NCBI GenBank assembly: GCA_029261065.1
Contig: JAJDCB010000023.1
Location: 39,682-103,681, forward strand
Direction of reading: 5' to 3'
Length of the DNA stretch: 64,000 nt
Origin: Candidatus Omnitrophota bacterium
Lineage (GTDB): Bacteria > Omnitrophota > Gorgyraeia > Zapsychrales > Zapsychraceae
The notes under the pieces: generated by a model
The model's database searches: none
What the model was told of the DNA's origin: nothing
Seen by the model: the letters and a program-made list of their open reading frames with translations, nothing else
Made by a program: the position numbers and the translations under genes
Shown here: in pieces, positions 27,874-38,502 of the stretch
Layout: each line of letters opens with the position of its first letter
Numbering within the stretch: position 1 is the stretch's first letter

Positions 27874-29508
27874 ATGATTTCCGCAAATAATATTACATTA
27901 CAGTTTGGCAAACGTCGTCTGTTTGAGAACGTCAACATCACCTATACTCAGGGGAATTGTTACGGGCTGATTGGGGCTAATGGATCTGGAAAATCTACGT
28001 TTTTAAAGATTTTGTCTGGTGAGATTGACTCAACCAGTGGTGATATCGCCATTACGCCGGGGGAGAGGTTGTCTGTCTTAAAGCAGGATCAGTTTGCTTA
28101 TGATGAGTGTGAGGTTTTAACAACTGTTCTAATGGGGCATGACAAACTTTATAAGATTATTAAAGAGAAGGATGACCTGTATGCCAAGCCAGATTTTTCC
28201 GATGCTGATGGCATTCGTGCCTCAGAGTTAGAAGCGGATTTTGCTGAAATGGATGGCTGGAATGCGGAGAGCGATGCGGCCAAGTTGTTAAGCGATCTTG
28301 GTATTATGGAAGATCGGCAGTCTTTAAAAATGAAACAGCTTGAGTCGAGCCAAAAAGTTCGTGTTCTTTTGGCACAAGCTCTTTTCGGAAATCCCGATAT
28401 CCTTCTTCTCGATGAGCCTACTAATCACCTTGATATGGAAGCCTGCATGTGGTTGGAAGAATTTTTATATAACTTTGATAATACAGCGATCGTCGTTTCC
28501 CATGACCGCCATTTTTTGGATCGGGTTTGTACCCATATTGCTGATATCGATTTCGGACGTATCCAATTGTATCCAGGGAATTATACCTTTTGGTATGAGT
28601 CCAGCGCGCTTGCGTTAAAACAAAAGCAACAATCCAATAAAAAGGCTGAAGAGAAGAAAAAAGAATTACAAGATTTTATTGCTCGCTTTAGCGCCAATGC
28701 CTCTAAGTCTCGTCAAGCAACGTCACGTAAGAAAATTTTAGAGAAATTAACATTCGAAGAATTTAAACCGTCTTCACGCAAATATCCTTACATCAATTTT
28801 CAATTTGAGAAAGACTCCGGAAACGATTTATTGCATGTCCAAAACCTTTCGAAATCGATTGATGGGCAAAGTATGTTTAAAAGGTTTCATTTAGATGTGA
28901 ACAAAGGCGATAAGATTGCATTTATGGGGCGAAACGATTTAGCGAGATCTGCTTTTTTTGATGTGCTTATGGGCGAGCAAGAAGCTGATGAGGGGACATT
29001 TAAATGGGGCGCCTCAACATCAAGAGCCTATTTTCCAAAAGAAAATGTTAAATATTTTCAGTCAGAATTAAATCTTATTGACTGGTTAAGACAGTATTCG
29101 GTTGATCGCGAAGAAGGATTTGTTAGAGGGTTTTTGGGACAGATGTTGTTTTCTGGGGAGGAGTCGTTAAAACAGGTTAAAGTTTTATCTGGAGGAGAGC
29201 GCGTGCGTTGTATGCTTTCTCGTATGATGTTAACGCGTGCGAATGTTTTATTGTTAGATGAACCCACCAACCATCTCGATCTAGAATCTATCACGGCTCT
29301 TAATGAAGGGCTTGAAAAATTTCAAGGAACAATCCTTTTCTCCTCCCATGATCATCAGTTTGTTCAAACGATAGCTAACCGTATTATAGAAATCACCCCA
29401 AATGGTGTCATTGATAAACAAGGCACTACCTTGGATGAATACCTATCAAACGCAGAAATCAAAGCTAAGCGGCAGGCCTTATACGAAGAATCAGCCGTTA
29501 AAGGTTGA
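27874..29508 (+). CDS. ybiT: ABC-F family ATPase, YbiT-like
   Basis: 544 aa, two ABC cassettes, no TM. Long identical stretches versus my recollection of E. coli YbiT (LTLQFG..LFEN...YGLIGANGSGKSTF.KIL; SRFSANASKSRQATSR). Confidence 0.8.
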   Translation: MISANNITLQFGKRRLFENVNITYTQGNCYGLIGANGSGKSTFLKILSGEIDSTSGDIAITPGERLSVLKQDQFAYDECEVLTTVLMGHDKLYKIIKEKDDLYAKPDFSDADGIRASELEADFAEMDGWNAESDAAKLLSDLGIMEDRQSLKMKQLESSQKVRVLLAQALFGNPDILLLDEPTNHLDMEACMWLEEFLYNFDNTAIVVSHDRHFLDRVCTHIADIDFGRIQLYPGNYTFWYESSALALKQKQQSNKKAEEKKKELQDFIARFSANASKSRQATSRKKILEKLTFEEFKPSSRKYPYINFQFEKDSGNDLLHVQNLSKSIDGQSMFKRFHLDVNKGDKIAFMGRNDLARSAFFDVLMGEQEADEGTFKWGASTSRAYFPKENVKYFQSELNLIDWLRQYSVDREEGFVRGFLGQMLFSGEESLKQVKVLSGGERVRCMLSRMMLTRANVLLLDEPTNHLDLESITALNEGLEKFQGTILFSSHDHQFVQTIANRIIEITPNGVIDKQGTTLDEYLSNAEIKAKRQALYEESAVKG

Positions 29509-29515
29509 TATTGCA

Positions 29516-29740
29516 TTACTCATTCTCTCCTCTAACATTTATTTCAATTGAATCTTCTTCATAAATTTGTATTTCAATGACAAATGGCCGACAGCATCTC
29601 TCACAGTCTGAAATCATTTTTTGAGTTCTGCCCGCAGAGATATCCACACTCATAGAGTTTGAAGTTCCACAATAAGGGCATAAAAAGTTGTTTTCAGGTG
29701 TTAAATCCATAGAAGTAATATTGGTAAACAATCTGTTCAA
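29516..29740 (-). CDS. small CPxCG-type zinc-ribbon protein
   Basis: CPYCG ... CERCC pairs; 64-74 aa depending on start (TTG at 29740 or ATG at 29710). Confidence 0.5.
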   Translation of the reverse strand: MNRLFTNITSMDLTPENNFLCPYCGTSNSMSVDISAGRTQKMISDCERCCRPFVIEIQIYEEDSIEINVRGENE

Positions 29741-29825
29741 AAGGTATTATTCCTATGTTAGGATAGTTTGAAGTTATCGTCAAAGAGAATTTGTTAATCA
29801 TAAATAGAAGAGGAGGGTTTGCGCG

Positions 29826-30188
29826 ATGAAATTTTCTAATTTAAAAATTATGTTGGTAGTAGGTCTTATAATGGGTTTTACGTCTGCTATTTCATATGCT
29901 CAAGAAGGGGCGGGGGATGCACAAAAACCTCAAGACCAAGCGGCTGAGGTTGTAAAGAATATTTGTCCATTAAGTGGAGAAGTTGTTGGAGAAAATTTAG
30001 TTGAATATAAATATAAGAAGAAAGCCTATAAGTTTTGTTGTAAAAAATGTCTTAAAGCTTTTAAGAAAAATAAAAAGAAATATACCCCTGAAATTGCCGA
30101 TTTGTTTGATGCATTAGAAACGAGTCAAGCAGAAGAAGTTGTAAATACAGTTACCTCAGAGGTAAAGACGTTTGAAGAAAAGAAATAA
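29826..30188 (+). CDS. secreted small protein with a YHS/TRASH-like Cys motif
   Basis: AGGAGG RBS; signal peptide; CPLSGEVV...YKYKKKAYKFCCKKC resembles YHS/TRASH metal-binding domains. Confidence 0.45.
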   Translation: MKFSNLKIMLVVGLIMGFTSAISYAQEGAGDAQKPQDQAAEVVKNICPLSGEVVGENLVEYKYKKKAYKFCCKKCLKAFKKNKKKYTPEIADLFDALETSQAEEVVNTVTSEVKTFEEKK

Positions 30189-30199
30189 GGAAATTACCT

Positions 30200-30898
30200 A
30201 TGAGTAAGAAGTCATCTTTGAAGTTTATTAAACCTGCCATAATCGTTGTTGCCATTTTATCCGTTGCTGGAATATCCTTTCAAAAAATATCAAATTTCGC
30301 AAATGAAAATGCGATCCTCAAAGAAGTTATCAAACGACTAGAAGCCGACTCTCGTTTAGCGGAAGTATTAGTGACGGGAGTTAATTATGAAGAGAAAACA
30401 AACAAAAGTTTTACGACGATCAAGCTTCTTGAATATGATGTCTCAGGCGAGCCATTAGAACCAAAATACTTTACGTTTTCTGGTAACATCATTCAGTTTC
30501 AATCGTTAGTCATTCGATTCAATGATATTGATATTCGTCAGAAAAGTAAGCTAAAAGATAAGAGCGTCTATTTGTTTTGGAAAGTTTTTTTGCTTGATGG
30601 GGAAAATACCCAAGAGTATGAATTAACCAAAATTAATGAAATTCCACAAGGGTATAAAGTACCTGAAGAAGTTGACCCTTACGAGAAAGAGTTGTGGCAA
30701 AATTTTTGGACCTCTGCTTTAGATCCAAAAAGAGCTCAAGAGAGTGGTATTAAAAATGCTCAAATAGAAGCTCCTGGCACAATGTTTGTTCCAGGACATC
30801 TATACACTATTAATATTGAGCATGACGGTGGATTACGTATAGATTCATCTATTATTTCTCCTATTCTTCGAGGAGAAAAAATTCTTGATGACCTCTAA
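30200..30898 (+). CDS. hypothetical membrane-anchored protein
   Basis: 232 aa; N-terminal TM; no recognised domain. Confidence 0.4.
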   Translation: MSKKSSLKFIKPAIIVVAILSVAGISFQKISNFANENAILKEVIKRLEADSRLAEVLVTGVNYEEKTNKSFTTIKLLEYDVSGEPLEPKYFTFSGNIIQFQSLVIRFNDIDIRQKSKLKDKSVYLFWKVFLLDGENTQEYELTKINEIPQGYKVPEEVDPYEKELWQNFWTSALDPKRAQESGIKNAQIEAPGTMFVPGHLYTINIEHDGGLRIDSSIISPILRGEKILDDL

Positions 30899-30915
30899 CA
30901 GAAATAGTAAAGGAG

Positions 30916-31533
30916 ATGGTTATGTTGGGATTGAGGCTGATAGTATTATGTATAATAATCGGTTTAATGGGAGTAAGTGTATCGTATGCTAATTATGAGG
31001 TGTATTCGACAGAAAGTCATGAAAAGGAAGCCGAGGATTTAATTCAGCAATATGTGCAACAAATGGTCGTGCATTCTTTTACAAGGAAGGTAACAGAACT
31101 TATTCGTGATATTGTTGTTCATCAAAATATTCAAATGTTTCCAGCTATTGTTATACAAGCAGGGCAGCAAGCAGCTGTACAGTCTTTTTCACAAGAAGAT
31201 ATAAGAGAAATGGTTCGAGAAGTGTATCAAAAAAGTTTTGATTTGGCTTTAGAGCAACGCAGAAGAGGATTTAGCCAAACTCAAATGCAAAATAATATAC
31301 AAGAAAGCATTGATAAGAAATTAGAACCTATCTTGGAGGAGCCCCTTTTTAAATTTGTTGTTGAACAAGTTCTTTTGCAGGCCGATGCTATGCAAAAACA
31401 GATTGTTATTATGGAAACATTTAGGCAACAAGCCCAACTGGCGAATTTGCAACAACAGCAAGTCGCGCGTCAGCAGCAAGTACAATCACAAATTCTGCAA
31501 TCTTTACCGCGAAATGCTGCTAATTATAGATGA
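30916..31533 (+). CDS. hypothetical secreted protein with a Gln-rich C-terminus
   Basis: AAGGAG RBS; signal-like N-terminus; QQQQVARQQQVQSQ tail. Confidence 0.4.
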   Translation: MVMLGLRLIVLCIIIGLMGVSVSYANYEVYSTESHEKEAEDLIQQYVQQMVVHSFTRKVTELIRDIVVHQNIQMFPAIVIQAGQQAAVQSFSQEDIREMVREVYQKSFDLALEQRRRGFSQTQMQNNIQESIDKKLEPILEEPLFKFVVEQVLLQADAMQKQIVIMETFRQQAQLANLQQQQVARQQQVQSQILQSLPRNAANYR

Positions 31534-31828
31534 TTTTAAAAAGATGAGATTAGGGGAAAAAGAGGGCTTTTAAAGAAAGGCTCTCTTTTTTATGGGTCCT
31601 ATTTTTTTTGTGCACACATGCAAAGCCTTTTAGAAACAATGTAAGGCTTAAGAAATATGAGAGTTTTAAGCCTTAATATGAAATACTAGAATTAAAACAT
31701 GTAATATTTTGCTATTTTTAGCTAAAAATAACAAAAAAGTACAATTTTTGGAAAAGTTAAGCTTTGTATTATGAGCTGTTGTTATATAAATGCTTATCAT
31801 TAATCTGAATAATTAGACATTCAACAAT

Positions 31829-33637
31829 TTGTCTAAAAAACAGAATTTGGGAATATTTTGTATGATTGGAGAAAAATCCGCACCAAAAGAGAAAAATGTC
31901 GTTATAAGGGGTATCTTACTGATGGCCATCCTCAGTATCACCTTTCTGACGTTTGCCTCTACAATAGGGCATGAATTTACCAATTGGGATGACCCTGTCT
32001 ATGTCATAAATAATCCAAGTATTCGTACTCTTACGCCGCAGGCTATTTTGGGTCACTTTCAGCAAACATTGACAGGTATCTATGTGCCCCTAACCACACT
32101 GTCTTTTGCTCTTGAGTACAGTGTTGCTCAACTTGATCCTTCGATTTATCATTTTAATAACATCCTCATCCATATGGCTGTTGTAGCTTTGGTTTTTCTT
32201 TTTGCGCATCAATGTGGACTTTCTCTTGTGGCAAGCGGCATTGCAGCTCTAGTTTTTGGGATTCATCCCATGCATGTGGAATCGGTGGCATGGATTACGG
32301 AACGCAAAGATGTACTGTATTCCTTTTTTTATATGTTGTCTCTTTGTAGCTATTGGCGCTATTTACAAAATCAAAACAAAGCGACATTTGGTATGACAGT
32401 TTTTTGGGGTCTGTTAAGTATGTTGGCTAAGCCCATGGCCGTTAGTCTTCCTCTGATTTTATTGTTGTGCGATTTGTTTTATGGGCGAAAACTAAAAAAG
32501 AGTGTATTTATAGAGAAGATATTTTTCTTTGTCTATATCATTCCTATTTTGTGTCCTACATTTGTTTATCTCTTTGATGAAAAGTCCATAAGCCTTGATA
32601 TAGGAGAGGCTCTGTTGATAGGGGTTTGGACGTTTGTTTTTTATATTAAATCATTTTTTCTATTCACTGATTTTAGTCCGTACTATTCTTTGCCTCAGCC
32701 CCTGTCGTTGTTGAATGCGCCGTATGCGATATCTGTATGCATTTTCGTTATTTTTGCTTTTATTTTATTTAGATATCGACGCAATAGATGGGTTGTCTTT
32801 TCATTCTTATTTTATATTTTCTCAATATTTTTTATGTTGAGATTTAAAGATGTTAGTCGAGTTGATAATTTATGTATCGTTGCCGATAGGTTTATGTATT
32901 TACCAAGTTTAGGGTTTTGTATCTTGATAGGAGCGGTATCGGATTACTACTGGAGTAAGTGGCATAATAAAAAGTTATTAAAGAAAATTTTTATCGTCTT
33001 TCTTGGCGTGATTTTTTCATTGATGGCTGTTAAGTCGATGAAACAGTGTTTGATTTGGAAAAATGGAATTACGTTATGGAGTAAGGTTATTGATAAGTAT
33101 CCAGATGTTGCTTTTGCTTATAACAATCGAGGTAATGCTTATAGTCGGGATCAATTTTTTAATGATGCTTTAAAGGATTATTCGCAAGCCTTAATCATCG
33201 ACCCAAACTACAAAAAGGTTTATAATAATCGCGGCAGTATTTATGGGCAATTAAATCAGTTTGATTTGGCCCTTTCTGATTTTAATAAAGTCATTCGATT
33301 AGACCCCCATTATGCCTTTGCTTATTATAATAGAGGAAAAACGTATCTTAATATGAAACAGCCTCTAAAGGCATTAGATGACTTTCATTCGGCGATAATT
33401 AATCATAAAAATTATTTTCAGGCTTATATCAGTCGGGGCCAAATTTATTTTGATACTAAAAAGTATGATCTAGCGTTAAACGATTTAAATCAAGCTATCG
33501 AAATTAACTCATCTTATTCTCAAGCATATGAGTTAAGATCAAAGATATTTTTTGCATTAAATAGAAAAGATAAAGCAGAAAGAGATAGTCAAAGAGCTAA
33601 AGAGTTGTTTCGTGATCAACAGATGTTTGTTTATTAG
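31829..33637 (+). CDS. TMTC-like protein: PMT_2/GT-C-like membrane domain fused to C-terminal TPR repeats
   Basis: 602 aa. The N-terminal region (FTNWDDPVYVINNP...YVPLTTLSFALEY...YHFNNILIHM) and its TM helices resemble TMTC/PMT-family transferases. The C-terminal 200 aa contain 5 or more TPR units (AFAYNNRGNAY...). Confidence 0.6.
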   Translation: MSKKQNLGIFCMIGEKSAPKEKNVVIRGILLMAILSITFLTFASTIGHEFTNWDDPVYVINNPSIRTLTPQAILGHFQQTLTGIYVPLTTLSFALEYSVAQLDPSIYHFNNILIHMAVVALVFLFAHQCGLSLVASGIAALVFGIHPMHVESVAWITERKDVLYSFFYMLSLCSYWRYLQNQNKATFGMTVFWGLLSMLAKPMAVSLPLILLLCDLFYGRKLKKSVFIEKIFFFVYIIPILCPTFVYLFDEKSISLDIGEALLIGVWTFVFYIKSFFLFTDFSPYYSLPQPLSLLNAPYAISVCIFVIFAFILFRYRRNRWVVFSFLFYIFSIFFMLRFKDVSRVDNLCIVADRFMYLPSLGFCILIGAVSDYYWSKWHNKKLLKKIFIVFLGVIFSLMAVKSMKQCLIWKNGITLWSKVIDKYPDVAFAYNNRGNAYSRDQFFNDALKDYSQALIIDPNYKKVYNNRGSIYGQLNQFDLALSDFNKVIRLDPHYAFAYYNRGKTYLNMKQPLKALDDFHSAIINHKNYFQAYISRGQIYFDTKKYDLALNDLNQAIEINSSYSQAYELRSKIFFALNRKDKAERDSQRAKELFRDQQMFVY

Positions 33638-33645
33638 GAGAGGAT

Positions 33646-35925
33646 TTGAAAAAATTAATAGCAAAGGTGTTTCGCGATAATACAAAATTGATTTGTGATG
33701 TAGGAGAGATTGGAGGGTTATTTACAGATTCGACGAGCCTTGAGTCTTTCTTACAGAAAACAGTTGAGATGATTGCTCAGCATATGAACTCTCAAGTGTG
33801 CTCGATTTATCTTTATAATGAAGAGCAACGAGATTTAACGTTAAGCGCAACAAAAGGTTTGAATCAAGAACACATTGGTCAGTTAAGGTTAAAGCTTGGG
33901 GAAGGATTAACAGGGCTTGCTTTAAAAGAATTACGAGTTATTGAAGAGCGATGCGCTAGCCAAAATCCAAATTTTAAATGTGTAGAAAATTTAGGAGAAG
34001 AGCAGTACGAATCTTTTTTAGCTGTCCCAATTTTCCGTGGAGCAACAAAGATTGGTGCCATTGTTATACAAAATAAGAATAAGGCTTATTTTAGTGCAAA
34101 TGATGAACAAGCTTTGCGTGCGATAACCTCACAGTTAGCCAATACGATCGAGATGACGCGGCTTTTTATGTCGATTAATGAACAAAAAAAGCCATCGACA
34201 GACAAGACAGTAGCTTTCGATAGTAAATTTTTAAAAGGACAAGTTGGTTCGCCAGGGTTTGCTTTCGCTCAAGCGATAGTTTTAGAAAATGACCTTTTAC
34301 GATTGGAAGAAAAAGTTTCTCAAAGTAAAAGAGTCTATTCTTTAGCGGAGTTTCAAAAAGCATTAAGGACAACTGAAATTCAGCTAGAATTTTTTCAGAA
34401 AAATGTAGAAGAAAAGCTTTCTGATGTAGCTTCTCTCATTTTTTCTGCGCAAATTTTAATGTTAAAGGATCAGTCTTTTTATCAGTCTATTGTTAAGTTA
34501 GTTGAGCAGGGGATGAATCCTCCCAAAGCTATTATGGTCATTGTTGATGATTATGTTCAAAAATTTCAAAAAATAGATAATGCTTATTTAAGAGAGAAAA
34601 GTCAAGATGTTCGAGATATCGGTCGACGTCTTGTGAGTAATTTATTGGGGGATTCAGAAGATCTTGGTAAATATAATCAGTGCATTGTTATCTCTAGAGA
34701 AATGCTTCCTTCTGAAGTCCTTAAATTATCGTCACAACGAATTAAAGGCCTCGTACTCCTCAGTGGTGGGACCACCTCACATGTTTCTATATTAGCCCAA
34801 TCGTTACAAATTCCTCTCATTATTGTTGATGAACCTAAGTTAATTAACTTACCTGAATTAACATCTGTTTTGATGGATGCCCAAGAAGGCAATATATATA
34901 TTGATCCTTCAAAAGATATAAAGCACACCTATGAAGAGAAGGAGAAGTTAAGGGAAAGAGCGTCTCATTCGAAAGGAAAGATTAAGGGTTGCACTCGTTC
35001 GCGGGATGGTCTTCGTATTCAATTGATGGCAAACATTAATTTGTTAGGTGATTTGCAATATGCGCGAGATGTCAAAGCAGATGGCATTGGTTTGTATCGA
35101 ACGGAGTTTCCTTTTATCGTACGCAGTGATTTTCCTTCTGAGGAAGAGCAATACGTCATTTATCAAAGATTAACAGAAGGGATGAAGGGTAAAGAGATTA
35201 CGTTTCGCACGCTTGATATAGGGGGCGATAAAGTTTTGTCTTATTTCGAATCGCATGTGAAAGAAAACAATCCTTTTTTAGGAATGCGATCAATCCGATT
35301 TTCTCTTCGTCATGAAGAGATCTTCTCTCAACAAATTCGAGCGATTCTACGTGCTGGATATAAATCGGATCTTCGTATTATGTTTCCGATGATTTCTTCT
35401 ATTGATGAGTTTGTCTCTGCCCGTAATATTGTTGATAAATGTCTTAAGCAACTAAAGGATTTAAATATTAAACATCACTCTCAGCCAAAAATTGGAATGA
35501 TGATAGAACTTCCGGCGGTTGTACAGATAATGGAGGAGTTGGCTTTAGAAGCAGATTTTTTTAGCATTGGCACGAATGATTTTATACAATATATGTTGGC
35601 CGTTGATCGAACAAACGAGAAGGTATCCGACCTTTATTTGCCCGAACATCCAGCGATTTTGCGCGCATTAAAGATAATTGTATCTACTGCCAATAAACAT
35701 CAAAAAGATATTTCCATTTGTGGTGATATGGCGCATCAAAAACAATTTTTATCTTATTTTTTAGGTGTGGGCATTAAAAAACTAAGTCTAAATCCAGCCT
35801 ATATTCCTGAGGTTCAAGAGGTTATTGAGTCGATCAATATAAATGAGGCGGAAGAACAGTCACGAAAATTATTAACTGTTAGTAAACTTTCAGAAATGAA
35901 AAAAATGATAATCAATAAAGGATAA
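33646..35925 (+). CDS. ptsP: phosphoenolpyruvate-protein phosphotransferase PtsP (EI-Ntr; GAF + enzyme I)
   Basis: 759 aa; TTG start after AGGAGAGGA. N-terminal GAF domain, then enzyme I PEP-utilising domains (GGTTSHVSILA with the phospho-His; GLYRTEFPF; IGTNDFIQY). Confidence 0.85.
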   Translation: MKKLIAKVFRDNTKLICDVGEIGGLFTDSTSLESFLQKTVEMIAQHMNSQVCSIYLYNEEQRDLTLSATKGLNQEHIGQLRLKLGEGLTGLALKELRVIEERCASQNPNFKCVENLGEEQYESFLAVPIFRGATKIGAIVIQNKNKAYFSANDEQALRAITSQLANTIEMTRLFMSINEQKKPSTDKTVAFDSKFLKGQVGSPGFAFAQAIVLENDLLRLEEKVSQSKRVYSLAEFQKALRTTEIQLEFFQKNVEEKLSDVASLIFSAQILMLKDQSFYQSIVKLVEQGMNPPKAIMVIVDDYVQKFQKIDNAYLREKSQDVRDIGRRLVSNLLGDSEDLGKYNQCIVISREMLPSEVLKLSSQRIKGLVLLSGGTTSHVSILAQSLQIPLIIVDEPKLINLPELTSVLMDAQEGNIYIDPSKDIKHTYEEKEKLRERASHSKGKIKGCTRSRDGLRIQLMANINLLGDLQYARDVKADGIGLYRTEFPFIVRSDFPSEEEQYVIYQRLTEGMKGKEITFRTLDIGGDKVLSYFESHVKENNPFLGMRSIRFSLRHEEIFSQQIRAILRAGYKSDLRIMFPMISSIDEFVSARNIVDKCLKQLKDLNIKHHSQPKIGMMIELPAVVQIMEELALEADFFSIGTNDFIQYMLAVDRTNEKVSDLYLPEHPAILRALKIIVSTANKHQKDISICGDMAHQKQFLSYFLGVGIKKLSLNPAYIPEVQEVIESININEAEEQSRKLLTVSKLSEMKKMIINKG

Positions 35926-35929
35926 GTTT

Positions 35930-36367
35930 ATGAGATATATTTATCGAATGGGAGCCGTGATTTTGGTGTTATCCCTATTGGGAGGCTGCAGTTATCCGAG
36001 TATTAGCTATCGAAAGATTGAGCGAAATATGGTGAAAGTTAATTTCGCAAATGGAATTAATAAATTAGAAGCCCCGATTCTGGCTCAAAATTTTATTCTT
36101 TATCGTGGTATGGGAGATCGATTGTATACGCTTAAGCCAATTGGTCAGAAACAATTTGTGCGTTGGTTTAAAGAGGGTGAGGAAATTGAATTTGCTATAC
36201 CCCCTCAAGATACAACCGGTTACGATGTTGAGATTACGTGGGAGGTTTATTTTCGTGACAGAGAAGGAAGTTTCTTTTGGGGACGTTATCCAGTCATGCC
36301 TTTTTATGTGGAGCTTGATGCACAATCGGGGAAGGTCTTAAGCTGGGGATTAAAGAGAGATAGGTAA
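35930..36367 (+). CDS. hypothetical lipoprotein
   Basis: Signal peptide with lipobox LLGGC. Confidence 0.45.
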   Translation: MRYIYRMGAVILVLSLLGGCSYPSISYRKIERNMVKVNFANGINKLEAPILAQNFILYRGMGDRLYTLKPIGQKQFVRWFKEGEEIEFAIPPQDTTGYDVEITWEVYFRDREGSFFWGRYPVMPFYVELDAQSGKVLSWGLKRDR

Positions 36368-36466
36368 AATTCGTTTTTTGGTATTTTTTAACATATACTT
36401 ATAAGACGTTAATTTAGAAAGTCTTTGGTATTCAACAAATTAATATAATTGCTGAGGGTGCAAATA

Positions 36467-37360
36467 ATGAAAAAACTATTAGTTTATTTAACGGGTGGTT
36501 TTTTAATTGGTGGAGTGATTTTTTCTTTAGGATCATCTTATTTGGTATTTTTTACCAAAATGGGAAGTGATATTGCGGCCTCAGATAGGAACACTTATTT
36601 GTTATTCAATACGCCAATATTAATTTTTATACTAACAATGGGTATTGGGTTGTTAAAGTTTAATAATTGGGCAAGAAAGGGATTGGTTTTTCTATCAGGG
36701 GTTGGATTTCTTGTTGGGCTACTGCTTATATTCTTAAAACTATCAATAATTTTTACTTTGTTTAGTAACTTTACACAACAATTTAATTCCTCTTTAATGT
36801 TAACCTTTTTCCCTTTTTGGTTTGTTACCCTTTTTTATGTTTGTATTCCTTTGTTTTTTCTTGTTTTTTTCACCAGGCGAGCTGTCAAAATGATGTTTCT
36901 TAAAAAGGGAGAAAAGCTCGTCGTTTCATCGGAACCGTTGGGAATAAAGATTCTGGGCATTGTTTTTTGCCTTGCTTCTGCGACATGGTTACTTAAAGTT
37001 TTTTCATCTACAGATTTTCAACTGCAGATTACAGCAAATATTTTGATTAGTGGTATGGGAAAACAATTAGCCTCACTAGTGATGTTTGCTTGCTTCGTTT
37101 ATTTGGCGTATGGTTCTTTTAATTTGAAAATGACTGCTTGGAAGTTATTGGTTGTTGTATGTATCATTAGAATCGTATTAGGGTTATTTAACGTTTTTCT
37201 CACAAGTGATGAAACGTACGCTATTTTAATTTCTCAAATGTTTCAAAAAAATCAAGATATACCACAGGTTTTTTACCAATTTAGCTATCTAATGAGGTTG
37301 CTTGTCCCGGTATCCATTCTGATTTATGCTTATCGAAAAAGAGGGCTTTTTGTAAATTAA
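36467..37360 (+). CDS. hypothetical polytopic membrane protein
   Basis: ATG with GAGGGTG RBS (ORF-track TTG at 36449); 8 or more TM helices. Confidence 0.45.
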   Translation: MKKLLVYLTGGFLIGGVIFSLGSSYLVFFTKMGSDIAASDRNTYLLFNTPILIFILTMGIGLLKFNNWARKGLVFLSGVGFLVGLLLIFLKLSIIFTLFSNFTQQFNSSLMLTFFPFWFVTLFYVCIPLFFLVFFTRRAVKMMFLKKGEKLVVSSEPLGIKILGIVFCLASATWLLKVFSSTDFQLQITANILISGMGKQLASLVMFACFVYLAYGSFNLKMTAWKLLVVVCIIRIVLGLFNVFLTSDETYAILISQMFQKNQDIPQVFYQFSYLMRLLVPVSILIYAYRKRGLFVN

Positions 37361-37455
37361 TAATTTTTTTAATAATATCGAATAAACGCTCTTCATTATT
37401 GTTATCTATAGTGAAGGCGTTTTCCCCTCGTTCCATTCAATAGGATGGAACACAA

Positions 37456-37490
37456 ACGGGCAGTACTTTCGAGTGCTGTCCGTTTTTTTT
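37456..37490 (+). terminator. rho-independent terminator
   Basis: ACGGGCAGTAC-TTTCGA-GTGCTGTCCGT (imperfect stem) followed by T8. Confidence 0.55.
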
Positions 37491-37598
37491 ATGTTATAAT
37501 AGGCCACTATGAATATACAAAATGTACTTTGTGAGAGGCAAGTATATTATGATTTGCAAAAACAATTTATGAAATAAGATTTAATAAAGGAGTATGGG

Positions 37599-38411
37599 GT
37601 GAAGCAAAAGTGGACTGGGAAAATAGTGGGAGCATTATTAGGATTTCTTTTTACGAGAGGGTTGCTAGGAGTTGTCTTTGGTTTGATCATTGGGCATATT
37701 TTTGATGTGGGTAAAGATCGATCTATGAAAAAGGCTTGGGGTGGCATTTTAGGTTTTATGTTTGCCGGTCCTTTGGGTGCCATAGCGGGTGTTTATTTCG
37801 GACATGCCCTTGATACGATGAGTTCTGAGGTTAATCATCGTTCCGTTTTTCAAATTAATTTCATATCCATATTGTCATACATTATTAAAGTTGATGGACG
37901 AATTGAGAAAGAAGAAGTTAATACCGTTTTAAAGACATTTGCTCAACTGGGATATCAACGTGAAGAAATGGAGCGCTTAGGAAAGACATTAGTTTTTGCT
38001 CTTGGACAAGATATAGATTTGAAGCAAACATGTGAGGCTTTTAAAAAGGTTGCGAGTTACGAAGAGCGATTTATGCTCTTGAGAGTTGTGTATTTTGTTG
38101 TGATGGCTGATGGCGTTTTTCATGCTAAAGAGAAAGAAGCTATTAGGCAGATTGTTGAGTATTTGGAAATTCGTGATTATGATTTTAAAAGCTTACAAGC
38201 GGAGTTTGTCTGCGTAGATGATGATCATTATGCCTTATTAGGATTAAAAAGAGGGGCCACAAAGGTGGAAATAAAGAAGGCATATCGCAAATTAGCTCTT
38301 ACGCATCATCCGGATCGGGTGGGTCATTTGGGGGAGGAGTATGTCAAGATTGCTACGGAAAAATTCCAAAAAATAAATGAAGCCTACGATAAAGCCCTCA
38401 AGGAGCTATAA
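37599..38411 (+). CDS. djlA: DjlA-like co-chaperone (TM + TerB-like domain + C-terminal J domain)
   Basis: GTG start 7 nt after AAGGAG. Two N-terminal TM helices. C-terminal J domain [32 protein letters not shown] with the HPD motif. Confidence 0.7.
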   Translation: MKQKWTGKIVGALLGFLFTRGLLGVVFGLIIGHIFDVGKDRSMKKAWGGILGFMFAGPLGAIAGVYFGHALDTMSSEVNHRSVFQINFISILSYIIKVDGRIEKEEVNTVLKTFAQLGYQREEMERLGKTLVFALGQDIDLKQTCEAFKKVASYEERFMLLRVVYFVVMADGVFHAKEKEAIRQIVEYLEIRDYDFKSLQAEFVCVDDDHYALLGLKRGATKVEIKKAYRKLALTHHPDRVGHLGEEYVKIATEKFQKINEAYDKALKEL

Positions 38412-38466
38412 CCTCATACTTTTCAATAGGTTACATTTCAAGATTCATTAAATTGTTTGTCTCCTA

Positions 38467-38495
38467 TTGCATTTTTGAATACAACATTATATACT
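38467..38495 (+). promoter_or_regulatory. sigma70-like promoter (TTGCAT -17 bp- TATACT)
   Basis: The -35 TTGCAT at 38467-38472 and the -10 TATACT at 38490-38495 were read directly, with a 17-nt spacer. It points into the structured region. Confidence 0.45.
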
Positions 38496-38502
38496 TCCAG
38501 TA

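Noticed and set aside
31556-31592. Possible terminator after the Gln-rich protein gene (AAAGAGGGCTTTTAAAGAAAGGCTCTCTTTTTT)
   Set aside because: Only a weak imperfect stem could be drawn, and the T-run is present but the hairpin is unconvincing.
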